DNA of 64,000 nt. Source: Selaginella moellendorffii. Its lineage: Eukaryota; Plantae; Lycopodiophyta. The notes under the pieces are model-generated. The model saw only the letters and a list, made by a program, of their open reading frames with translations, was not told the DNA's origin and made no database searches. The DNA lies in the NCBI RefSeq assembly GCF_000143415.4, contig NW_003314277.1, positions 445,183-509,182 of the forward strand, read 5' to 3'. This document shows, piece after piece, positions 1 to 10,289 of the stretch. The position numbers and the translations under genes are program-made. The first letter of the stretch is position 1. Every line of letters begins with the position of its first letter.

Positions 1-2016
1 ATGTATGGAAAATGCCGGCGAGTGGATCTCGCCCGCGCGGTGTTTGACGCGATGCCCAGGAGGGATCTATTCTCCTGGAACATCATTATCACAGCATATA
101 CCCAGAATGGGCATTCACTGAAAGCGCTAGAACTCTTTCAAGTAATGCGAGACTCCGGGATCAAACCAGATGTGTTCGTGCTCTCTAGCGCGATGGGAGC
201 GTATGCCCGGTGTGGGCAGATCGATCGAGCAAGAGAAATTTTCGATGCGATGGAGACGAGAGATCCGGCAAGCTGGACCGCGATAATCTCTGCATATGCC
301 CAGCAAGGGGATCCAGCCTTGGCTATGGAGCTCTACTGGCGGATGAATCTCGAGGGAATGGAGCCCAATCGGCTAACATACGTGAGCTTACTGGGGGGCT
401 GCGCGAGCCTTGGCGCGCTAGATCACGGGAAATCGATCTACTCGCGGTTTCTGGCAAGGGGATTCCAGGCGGATCTCATGATCCAGAGCGCGCTGCTCAA
501 TCTCCACTCCAAATGCGGCAGCCTCGAGGACGCGAGAGCGCAATTCGCGACGATCACTGACCGGGACGCGGCGGCATGGACGAGCATGATCGAGGCATCC
601 GCGCGGCATGGGCGGTACGTGGAAGCGGTGACTCTCTACCGCGAGATGACGCTCGATGGCGTGACGCCCGACGCGGTCGCGTACGTGGCGGTGCTGGGGG
701 CGTGCGCGGCGCTGGGTGCCGCCGCGGTACACGTGGGACGTTCGGTCCATGCCGCGCTGCACGCCGCTGGGCTCGGGCACCACACGCGGGTGTCCACCGC
801 GCTGCTTAACATGTACGGCCGGTGCGGCAGCTCGTGCGACGCGCGGCACGCCTTTGAGCGGATCCACGCCAAGGACGTGGTGGCGTGGAACGCGATGCTT
901 CGCGCGCTCGCCCGCCACGAGCGGTACGCCGAGGCGTTTGATCTCTTCCTCGCGATGGACGCGCCGCCGGACTCGATCACGTTTGGGACGCTGCTGACGG
1001 CGTGCTGCTGCGGCGCGGCCCTGGGCCATGGGCGGCGCATCCACGAGCGGCTTAACCTCCACCATGCCGTCGGCGGTATCAAACTCGAGGTGGAGATGTA
1101 CAACCTCCTGCTCAACATGTACGCGAAGTGTGGCAGCATCGAGGAGGCCCGCGCGGTATTCGAGCGCATGCCCGCGCGGACTCTCGTGGGCTGGAATGCC
1201 ATGGTCGTGTGGTACGCGCGGTACGCTATCCCCAGGGAGGCGCTGCATCTCTTCCAAGAGATGGCCTCGCTCGACGGCCTGGAACCCGACGTTGTGAGCT
1301 GCATTGGCGCGCTGGCGGCATGCGCGAGCCTGGGCTACCTCACCGAGGGCCGCGCGGTACACCGCGCATGTACCGCGCGGATCATGACCGGCGACGACCA
1401 GCGCCGCGACGTCGTGCTGTGGACGAGCCTCGTCAACATGTACGCGAAATGTGGCGAGATTGAGGAGGCGAGCTTGGTTTTCGAGGAGATGGACGAGCGC
1501 AACGCAGTCTCGTTTAACGCGATGATGGCGGCATTCGCCCAGAATGGGCATTTGGATCGGGCATTGGGGCTGTACCGACGGATGATCTGCGAGGAGGGCC
1601 TTGACGCCGACGTCGTGACGCTGCTGTGCTTGCTCGTGGCATGCAACCACGCTGGGCTTTACGCGCAGGGCAGGGATCTCTTCGTCCAGCTGCGCGGCGA
1701 CCACGAGTGGATCGCGCCAGCGGTGGATCACTACCACTGCCTGGTGGATCTGCTGAGCCGGGCGGGGCGGATAGATGTCGCGGAGGAGATCTTGGTGTGG
1801 ATGCCGTTCCAGCCGGGGGCGATTGGGTGGAAATCGCTGCTGAATGGGTGTGCCGTGCACGGGGATCCGGTGCGAGGGGCCAGGGCCGCCGCAATCGCGT
1901 GCCGCTTGGATCCGGTCGACTCGTCCCAGTACGTGCTGCTGTCCAATGCGTATGCCTGGAATGATCTCGAGGATGTGAGGAAAACGCTGGATCTCTGCGA
2001 ATCGCAAGAAATGTAA
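1..2016 (+). CDS. PLS-class pentatricopeptide repeat protein with C-terminal E domain, no DYW (possibly 5'-incomplete at window edge)
   Basis: 671-aa intronless ORF with repeated P/L/S motifs (LLNMYAKCGSIEEARAVFERM, WNAM, VTLLCLLVACNHAG) and E domain (PAVDHYHCLVDLLSRAG...MPFQPGAIGWKSLLNGC...YVLLSNAY). Confidence 0.93.
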   Translation: MYGKCRRVDLARAVFDAMPRRDLFSWNIIITAYTQNGHSLKALELFQVMRDSGIKPDVFVLSSAMGAYARCGQIDRAREIFDAMETRDPASWTAIISAYAQQGDPALAMELYWRMNLEGMEPNRLTYVSLLGGCASLGALDHGKSIYSRFLARGFQADLMIQSALLNLHSKCGSLEDARAQFATITDRDAAAWTSMIEASARHGRYVEAVTLYREMTLDGVTPDAVAYVAVLGACAALGAAAVHVGRSVHAALHAAGLGHHTRVSTALLNMYGRCGSSCDARHAFERIHAKDVVAWNAMLRALARHERYAEAFDLFLAMDAPPDSITFGTLLTACCCGAALGHGRRIHERLNLHHAVGGIKLEVEMYNLLLNMYAKCGSIEEARAVFERMPARTLVGWNAMVVWYARYAIPREALHLFQEMASLDGLEPDVVSCIGALAACASLGYLTEGRAVHRACTARIMTGDDQRRDVVLWTSLVNMYAKCGEIEEASLVFEEMDERNAVSFNAMMAAFAQNGHLDRALGLYRRMICEEGLDADVVTLLCLLVACNHAGLYAQGRDLFVQLRGDHEWIAPAVDHYHCLVDLLSRAGRIDVAEEILVWMPFQPGAIGWKSLLNGCAVHGDPVRGARAAAIACRLDPVDSSQYVLLSNAYAWNDLEDVRKTLDLCESQEM

Positions 2017-2377
2017 GAATCGAGAGAGTTCTACGATTGATTTCTATGTAAGATCAACGCGAATGATCTTGCACTGGGCATCGTTCTTGCAACTTTGTGC
2101 TGGGCTCTCGAATCATCCCTGGTAGAATGTGTTCTTGGTGCCGGATCCAGTGGCTGCCGCTGTGTTGGCATCGCCCCTCCTTGGTGATTCTCACGCCCGT
2201 GTCCTCCTCGATCACTTTCACATTCCTGGCTTGTTCGTCCTTGAGCTCGCCGGCTCCATTTCTCACAGATTCACAGTTTAAAATACAGCATATTCAACAG
2301 AATATGCTGTAGTATATTCTTTAGTACTTCTGCAGATTACATACTTTTGAAGTTATTACTATACTTATTATTGTAAA

Positions 2378-2451
2378 GGCCTATTAGCTCAGTTGGTCAG
2401 AGCGTGGCTCTAATGAGGCTAAGGTCGCAGGTTCGAAACCTGCATGGGCCA
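2378..2451 (+). tRNA. trnI-AAT: tRNA-Ile (anticodon AAT)
   Basis: GGCCTAT/ATGGGCC acceptor stem, A box TAGCTCAGTTGG, anticodon arm TGGCT-CTAATGA-GGCTA, T arm GCAGG-TTCGAAA-CCTGC, followed by a T5 Pol III terminator at ~2457-2461. Confidence 0.9.
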
Positions 2452-2519
2452 TTACCTTTTTATTGTTCATGGTTTCAGTTTTCGAAATTACTTATTGAAA
2501 CTTGGAAGTTGAATCCAGG

Positions 2520-3863
2520 TTACCATACTTTCATTCTCTTTAGCTCGGGTTCAAGTGAAAGTGGTGATGGTGGCTCCTCTTTCTTTTTCACACTCATCAC
2601 AGCATTGGCCACTTCCTCCTCTGTGGTTCCAAACAGATCAGGCCTCGCCGGAGCCAAGCTCATGACGTTTCGCGCGATCTCCTCGTTGCTGGCAAGCGTG
2701 CCCAAGTTTCTCCGCTTGCTCATCATCCTTTCCTTCTCCTCCTTGAACTTGGGATGAATGAGCGAGATCCTCATGTGTTCCTCCATCTTGCTCACGGGTA
2801 TCAACTCTGAAGTTATCGGAGAGATGACCGTCTTGGTATGCGCATACTTGTCGCCCGTCTCGATCATCTCCTCGGGCCTCTTCCAGTTCCTCACAATCGT
2901 CATCGGTGGCTCTTCGCCCGCCGGGACAATCACTTGGAAAAACTCCTCGGCATTTGCTCTCCGCTCGTCGGGGAAATGATCCTCAAGCAACGTGATATCC
3001 ATCACCTCCTTGCGTCTGATCACGTCCATCTGCGTCATCGGAGACGGCAACGCAGCGTCCTCCTCGTCCACGAACTGGATCGTCTCCACCACCACAAACT
3101 CATGCCAGTCTATGCTGTTCATCCGCTCATCGTCTTCCTCGCCCTTGTCCCTCAACTCCTTTTGCGATTTCTCCCATTCGGCACGGTGGAGGCACCGCTC
3201 CAGGATAACGCTCTTGTCCAGCTCTCGCTTGAGCTTGTCGATCAGCGCCGTGGGAGCTTCCAGCAACTTGGAGTACGAGTGGCACAAGCCCGTGAAGATC
3301 TTGTGCAAGCTGCTCTCCGGTTTGAGGAAGCTAAACTGGAGGTTGTAGTGTTCCCTGCTTGCCAGTCCGGTAAGAAACTCGCTGCCATGTCTAGCCGCGA
3401 AGATCGCCGTGAGCTTGATGATGTCTACGTCCTTTGCAGAGAGACCCTCGGGGAAATCGAGAAGGAACTCCTCCGGCTCCGGCTCTTGCAGCTCCACCAC
3501 CTTGGAAGGCTCGGTGCTCTGCAAATCTTGCAGGAGAGTATGAAACTTTCGCGAGGATGGATGATCCTCCAACGGCGGTGGCTTGGATTGAGCTTGCACA
3601 GCAGCTGTGATCGAAGATGGAGCGCCGGAGCTCTTCGCTTCCGAGACTTTGTGCTGGTAATACGCGTGGTAGGGATCGGAGGGTTTGAGGAAGCTGAACT
3701 TGAGGATCTGATTGTCAGCCGTGATCTTGCGCTCGAAGTCGACACCATTCCTGGCCACAAAGTGCGCCGTCTTATCGACGATACATCTGATGCCAGGGGG
3801 AGGATGGATCATACCTGGCTGTGATCTCGAAGCGATCGACGCTGCCGCCATTTGGAAATCCAA
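2520..3863 (-). CDS. SF3A1: Splicing factor 3A subunit 1 (SF3a120/PRP21)-like; two SURP domains + PRP21 region, lacking C-terminal ubiquitin-like domain
   Basis: 447-aa ORF with IVDKTAHFVARNG (SURP1), DIIKLTAIFAARHG (SURP2), IDWHEFVVVETI and MEEHMRISLIHPKFKE. Confidence 0.85.
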   Translation of the reverse strand: MDFQMAAASIASRSQPGMIHPPPGIRCIVDKTAHFVARNGVDFERKITADNQILKFSFLKPSDPYHAYYQHKVSEAKSSGAPSSITAAVQAQSKPPPLEDHPSSRKFHTLLQDLQSTEPSKVVELQEPEPEEFLLDFPEGLSAKDVDIIKLTAIFAARHGSEFLTGLASREHYNLQFSFLKPESSLHKIFTGLCHSYSKLLEAPTALIDKLKRELDKSVILERCLHRAEWEKSQKELRDKGEEDDERMNSIDWHEFVVVETIQFVDEEDAALPSPMTQMDVIRRKEVMDITLLEDHFPDERRANAEEFFQVIVPAGEEPPMTIVRNWKRPEEMIETGDKYAHTKTVISPITSELIPVSKMEEHMRISLIHPKFKEEKERMMSKRRNLGTLASNEEIARNVMSLAPARPDLFGTTEEEVANAVMSVKKKEEPPSPLSLEPELKRMKVW

Positions 3864-4062
3864 TCGCGAAGAACCCTAGCCCAGAAAAAGGTTTATAAAC
3901 CTATCCACTCTAGCATATTCTAAAGAATATTCTAGAGCAAGAATATTCCCTGCATAGAGGGGTTTTCGTGGTTCCATGGTGAGTGCTAGGGCCGCTGTTC
4001 CATGGGATTATTCGCACAGCTAGGGGCGATCCGCTGATCGCCTCGATCGACTGTTGCGGCAG

Positions 4063-6039
4063 ATGGATCCCGCCAGGAGGCTGAGAATTCTCGCGGTCCT
4101 GAGCTGCTGCTGCTGCTGGATTTCGTTTTGTTGCGGATCTATCCATCGCTACCAGCTGAGCCCCTTCAAGCCGTGGGACAATGGCTACACTTTCTTCGGA
4201 GGCAGCGAGGGATTGTATGCGAGCGGGAAGTCTCCGTCACATATCAAGTAAGATTCCTTCGCCCAATTACTTCTAGTGGAAGCATAGATTAAGCTTCTTC
4301 TTTCCAAGCATTCATAGATCTAGAAACTCTTGCCTTTTTTTGTTTGCATTTCCATCGTTAGTGTTTCTTTCTAGCATCCATAGCTCATTGGTCTTTGAGG
4401 TCTACACCTAGATGTAGAAAAAAGGAAGTGTAGAAATAGTGTTTCATTCTTCTTTCCTCAGCATCCATAGCTCATTGGTTTGATCTTGAAGTTAGAAAGA
4501 GAAAGACATTGTCGCCAGTAGTTTAACCTTTCGATCTTCGCAGCTTCAACGTCCAGTTTAGACGAACTGTGGAGTCGGCTGCGAGGCACGAGACGATGGA
4601 GCACAGCACAGGTCTAGTCGAGGCACTCCTTTTCACGCTCGAGGATCGTGACTTCATCGGAGTCACAAACTCCACCGGCGAGAGGATGCTGTGCTGCACT
4701 CCCGAGGCCTCCAAGCTCTCGAATTGCCGCATTGGCGAGGTGATACTTCGCAAGCGTGAAAACGGCTGGCCGAAGACCTTCCAGACGTCCTTCCAAGGCA
4801 ACAAGCTTGTAAACAGCTTCTCCGAGGACGTGAACGTGACCGAGACTGGGCTCTACACGCTCTACTTTGTCTTCTGCGAGCCACAGCTCCAAGGCTTGCA
4901 GATTCGCGGCAGAACGATATGGCAGAGTCCCACAGGCTTTCTTCCGGGGAGGATGGCGCCGCTCCTCAAGTTCTACGGCTACATGTCGCTCGCCTATCTC
5001 GTCCTGGGAGTGATCTGGTTCATCCAGTATGCGCGCTTCTGGAGAGATATCCTCCAGCTCCAGAACTGTATCAGCGTGGTGATCTTCCTGGGACACGCAG
5101 AGATGGCTTTGTGGTACTTCGACTACGCCAACTTCAATGCAACGGGGCGGAGGCCGATGGGGATCACCGCCTGGGCCGTGACCATCGGAGCCATGAGGAA
5201 GACGGTGTCTCGGCTCTTGGTGCTCATAGTTTCTATGGGATACGGGGTGGTGAAACCGACGCTGGGTGGGATCACGAGCAAGGTGTTGCTGTGCGGTGGG
5301 GCGTATTTCGTTGCGATCGAGACTTTGGAGCTGGCGGAGAACGTCCAACGAGTGGATGATTTTTCCAACAAGGAGAAGTTACTTCTGGTGCTTCCAGTTG
5401 CGATCATCGATGCGTTATTCATACTCTGGATTTTTTCCTCGCTGTCCAAGACTCTGGAAAGCCTACAGGTTCTTTCTCTCTTTTCTGTTTTCCTTCCTCT
5501 CGTTTTTGCTCTCAAGGTTTGGACTTACAGGCAAAGAAGCAAACCGCTAAACTGGAACTGTACAAGCGCTTCACCAATTTTCTTGCATTAGCAGTCATAG
5601 CATCAATAGTTTGGATTGGTTACGAGGTATGGCACGTAAGATAGCTTACAATCTCTGGAGGCTGACTCGAATTTTTATTTCCAGTTCTACTTAAAATCTA
5701 CAGAGGCATACAACATCCAGTGGCAAAATGCGTGGGTGGTTTTAGCGTTTTGGATAGTTCTGTCTTATGTCATGCTCTGCGTGATTTGCTACCTATGGAA
5801 GCCATCACAAAACTCCACAAGGTAACAAGATCATGTTTGTGTTATGTTGACTTGAGATTTTTTAAAGGTATGCCTACTCGGAGGAACTTGGCGAAGACTG
5901 TGATCCCGAGGAAGCAATCCAGCTTACTAGCAATATGGATTCATCAAATGGTCGCTTGAACGGTTCTGTAGAGAAAAAGAACACTGAGATAGACGTCTTC
6001 ACACTTGGAACAATTGGAGAAGAAGATAAACGAGACTAA
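4063..6039 (+). CDS. Lung seven-transmembrane receptor / TMEM87-GPR107 family protein (multi-exon)
   Basis: Signal-peptide exon 4063-4247, GT-AG intron 4248-4543 splicing in frame to the large exon (GFLPGRMAPLLKFYG, QNCISVVIFLG, VSMGYGVVKPTLG, WIFSSLSKTLE), further short exons, ending EEDKRD* at 6039. Confidence 0.9.
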
Positions 6040-6318
6040 TGCAATTCAAAAAATCTTTGTTATTTTGATAATTTGCTCGTAGATTTTAGGATTAGCCAAA
6101 TATAGTATTTTAAGGTTTTCTAGGAGATATTTAAATAATATTCTTGTTTTTATTCTTATTATGTCACCTTATAGATCCATGATCAGAGCTTGGAGGGACC
6201 AGAGAGACTTCTGAGGTTGTGAGGGGGAAGTGCATTAATTCCAATCGAAAAAAAGAAAATTTATACTTAAGACATGAAAGTTATTAATTTAAAGCATGAA
6301 GAAAAATAAATATTGAAT

Positions 6319-7164
6319 ATGAAGTGTAAACTCTTAATAATTTTTATTATTTTGTTAATAAAGCTCAATTTTATTATTGCACCTAAGAAGTATACTCCTA
6401 CAATTGGAAGACCAGGAATTTTAAAATTTCAAGATATTACTAAAATAATTGCAGGGGTTAATGGTCTGCTATATAAACTTGATCATAATGGTAAATATCC
6501 TATAACTTATTCAGATGAAGATAGAATATTAACATCTAAAGGATATGTTGATTTGATAGTTAAAGTTAAAGATCAATGTTTACTCAAAGAAACAGTTACA
6601 GAAGTTGTAGGAAATAACATCAAACGTGGAATTGATCGACTTTTAGAACTTAGTAAAGATTATTTATATGAATCACTTTCAGACTATTTTGAAAAAGAAA
6701 GTCAAAATTATCTTATAAGATATAAACTAGATACTACATCAGACGAATTAACATATCAAAATAACATTACAAATTTTGACAATATAAATGGTTGTTATAT
6801 TAGCATAAGTACTTTATTTTCTGATTCAACTTTACATGTTAATAATTTCTTAATATCTCAAAATGGTAAAAATATGTTATTGTTAGAATACAGTTGTAAA
6901 TTAGTCTTATATTCATTAAACCAAAAAATTTGGGAATCAGAACTTAAATCAAATAGTTTTGGTAATTGTTTTCTAATTCTTCAGCAGGATGGCAATTTGG
7001 TTGTTTATTCTAATAAAAAGGCTTTATGGGCTACAGATAAATATTGTAATAACTGTAAATTGTCAACACTATTTTCTGTTCAAAATAACTGTAATTTAGT
7101 GGTCTACCTATCAAAGTTTCCTAATAATGTTTTATGGGCATCAGATAAATTATGTCTACATTAA
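6319..7164 (+). CDS. Secreted protein: signal peptide + unassigned ~130-aa domain (possible barnase/RNase Sa-like fold) + bulb-type (GNA) mannose-binding lectin domain; paralogue 1
   Basis: Intronless ORF from ATG 6319 with hydrophobic N-terminus and lectin motifs LILQQDGNLVVY..ALWAT and VQNNCNLVVY..VLWAS. A colinear intact paralogue lies at 28610-29476. Confidence 0.8.
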   Translation: MKCKLLIIFIILLIKLNFIIAPKKYTPTIGRPGILKFQDITKIIAGVNGLLYKLDHNGKYPITYSDEDRILTSKGYVDLIVKVKDQCLLKETVTEVVGNNIKRGIDRLLELSKDYLYESLSDYFEKESQNYLIRYKLDTTSDELTYQNNITNFDNINGCYISISTLFSDSTLHVNNFLISQNGKNMLLLEYSCKLVLYSLNQKIWESELKSNSFGNCFLILQQDGNLVVYSNKKALWATDKYCNNCKLSTLFSVQNNCNLVVYLSKFPNNVLWASDKLCLH

Positions 7165-7659
7165 ATATAATAAAGATTAATCTTTAAATTTTAAATATAT
7201 AGATTAAGGTTTATAATTTTAAATATAAAAAACATTATCAAGATTTACTGCTATTTTATAATAACTATTTTTTATAATATGTTTTATTTATATATTTCTG
7301 CTTTGTGAAAAATCTTTGTGTCATAAGGCTTATAAAATTTGATATCCTAATGGTTTAGTTATAAATGGGTTTGTTTTTGGCTTTTTTATAACTTATTATA
7401 TTCAACTTAATTTTAATATTTCTATATTTATATGTAACAATAGCACAAAAGTTTTTTAAAAATAATTTGGATTTAAAATTAAATGTATATTTAATGTAAT
7501 TCTTGATTATTAATATATAATTATTTTTTTTGTCCAATTATGATTTACTTTGGTTAATATTATATTAATCAGTTTTACAGCTTTCAATAAGTATTTATTA
7601 AAAGAGATAGTTGTGTTAGTTGTGTATTTTTATGTATATATAAACTATAAGGCCTGTAA

Positions 7660-7660
<1 letters not shown>

Positions 7661-7690
<30 letters not shown>

Positions 7691-7745
7691 CATATATACA
7701 TATATACATATATACATATATACATATATACATATATATATATAT

Positions 7746-7814
<69 letters not shown>

Positions 7815-8043
7815 TATATACATATATACATATATATATACATATATACATATATATATACATATATACATATATATATACATATATACATATATATATA
7901 CATATATACATATATATATACATATATACATATATATATATATACATACATACATATATATATACATATATACATATATATATACATATATACATATATA
8001 TATACATATATACATATATATATACATATATATAGATATATAT

Positions 8044-8120
<77 letters not shown>

Positions 8121-8127
8121 TATATAT
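7661..8127. repeat. Compound (TA)n/(TACA)n microsatellite with 20-bp higher-order unit
   Basis: Pure TA runs flanking repeated CATATATACATATATATATA units. Confidence 0.97.
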
Positions 8128-8138
8128 AACCTTGCTTA

Positions 8139-8770
8139 TGTAATATGCTAATTAAAATACTATAGCATATTCTATCCATTATTGTATATAAGGTTATAAA
8201 CCCCAATTAATATATCTATTATTATATCCCAAGCATTCATATTAGTGGAGGTGAAGGGCACTACAATTTATCCTTGGAAAGCAAAGTTTTTTAGTAGTGC
8301 TTTACTCTAGTATTCAAAATTGTACTTTTATTTTTATTCGTTTTTTTTCTTTTAGCTATTGTTGTGCTTAGATTTGTTCTTCCTTTTGATATTTATTACA
8401 TTCATTAATCAAGAATTTTATCACTTAAGGCTACTAATATTGAGCTTTTGGTGTTGTTCTTTTAATATTTATTGCATTCATCAATCAAGGAGAATATCCC
8501 TTAAGGCTACTAATGTTCAGCTTTTTCGATGTTGTGGAGTGTGATTATATTAATATTGTGCCCATCTTTGGTGTATTATTGTCTCTAGCTTTCAAAAATA
8601 TAATTACATGATTTCTTTTGTTTTTGGCGTTTTGCTCTATTGATATTAAATTTTGCCATCTTCTATTGATATGAAGTGTGATTATGAGCTCAAGTGGATT
8701 CTAGAGTGTGATGATAAATTTAATTATTATAGAAATAGTTTTAGAGATAAGTTAGAGATTTCACGGGGTA
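8139..8770 (+). mobile_element. Heavily decayed LTR retroelement 5' end (LTR end + tRNA-Ala-type PBS)
   Basis: TTAGTGGAGGTGAAGGGCAC (~8242-8261) matches the PBS of the gypsy family at 24008-24026. The preceding LTR-end-like sequence (AAACCCCAATTAATATATCTATT...AGCATTCA) recurs at ~11890-11928. Confidence 0.45.
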
Positions 8771-8780
8771 GGTGTCAATT

Positions 8781-8963
8781 TTTAAACTTTTGAATTTAGA
8801 CTTCCTAAGAGGTCATCCAACCCAGTATTATTCAAACTTAAAAACTCTTAACCCTAAATATCCTAAAACCCTTAATCGATTGGAAAAAGGGTGTACTCTA
8901 CTCTTTCCCTCTATTTGAATCTTTATAGATTATTTCTTGAATCATTTTCTTTAATTGTTTACA
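8781..8963 (-). mobile_element. Solo LTR of Cassandra-like (5S-rRNA-containing) TRIM, decayed
   Basis: Colinear with LTR 22397-22590, including the 5S-derived segment (GACTTCCTAAGAGGTCATCCAACCCAGTATTA). Ends GTTTACA. Flanked by perfect 5-bp TSD CAATT (8776-8780 / 8964-8968). Confidence 0.8.
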
Positions 8964-10289
8964 CAATTCTTCAATTTTCCATTTAATCTTTTCTCTTTAC
9001 TTTTTGCTCTTTTTTTAACTTTTTTTTTTATTTGAGCCACCTTATGTTTTTAATGTTTCTTCCTTATCTACAATGTTTTCTTCTTTAACACATCGATTAT
9101 TTATTACTTTTATGATTCTCATTCTTAGCTTAGTGTTGAGTTGAGTGTTTTCTATCCTCTTTATACTACTCTAAATATTGAGTATAAATATGTGTATAAA
9201 GTTAAAAATTCTATTTTTGTTTTGTTTGCAAAGTTTTTGATTAGTTCTAATGTTAAGTATTCTTATATTCCAAAGGTTGAATCACTTTGGCCAAAATTCC
9301 AAGTTGAATATGTGTACCCATTTGTAAATATTATTTTGTTATTTTGCTTTACTGTTGCTACTAAGGAGTTTATATATTCCCTTGAGAGTATAGATTTTCT
9401 ATTGATTTTCCTGTCTTAATTGGTTAATTGTGTATTGAGGAGGTTGAGCGATATGAATCTTTTGTTTATATTGTCGTAGCTGAAGTATTTTATGACATGA
9501 AGTCTTTTGTTTTCCAAACTTTGAGCATATGTCTTTTTTATTTCCTTATTTTTGTATTGATAGCTATTGAAAATTCCTTTTTTATCCACTTTTTCTTTTT
9601 TCATAATGACTCTTTCTCAATTTTTCTCACTTTCTCATTTTTGCTTTGACACTTCAAACTTTTTTTTCTTTAAAAGAGGGGGTAGAGGGGATGGACAATA
9701 ATTCAACCCCAACAATAGAGTGAGGACAAGTAAATATGATAGTGGAGCAAAGATGAATGACATAGATTGTGGAGTGAGGATAAATATAACGAGTCCAAAT
9801 GAAATAGCCCCAATATAGTAAAGCCAAACGAATGCAATAATAGAGTGAAAAGGAGTATAATAAGAGTTGGTGTTTCAAAATTTTTTTTCCTTCAAAGGGA
9901 TAAAAAGGATGTAGAGGATAAATGGAGTGAATCCAACCTCCCATGTATAGTGCTAAACAAAGATGAAGGTTGATATTGACTAAAGGGAATACGTAAAGGC
10001 AAGTTCTATTTATGATCATGAGTTTGAGTTAATAGTTATTTCAAAAGATTATCAACGAATTGATTTAAAGGCAAAATGTATCATTTGTTGCAATAGCATT
10101 TTATGGATTATAATAGTTTTTAAAGTCTCTTTTTTTAATTCAAAGTTATGGGTTCAAAGTTAGTTTAAACATTTGGTAATTGTATACAGAGTTGTAATTA
10201 GTTCATTGAGATTCTATAATCAATTGATAGTTATCGCATGGCTTTAAGTTTTGTTTCAATCATGGTTGTCAACAACTACATTAGTGGTT

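Noticed and set aside
418-2007. 529-aa antisense ORF (also 2838-3824 and 54514-55530)
   Set aside because: Shadow ORFs of GC-rich genes on the opposite strand.
7550-8206. YI/YM-repeat ORFs
   Set aside because: Translations of the TA microsatellite.
8761-8778. GGGGTAGGTGTCAA resembling the TRIM PPT-LTR junction in opposite orientation
   Set aside because: It overlaps the TSD and lies outside the solo LTR; a short match likely to be chance.
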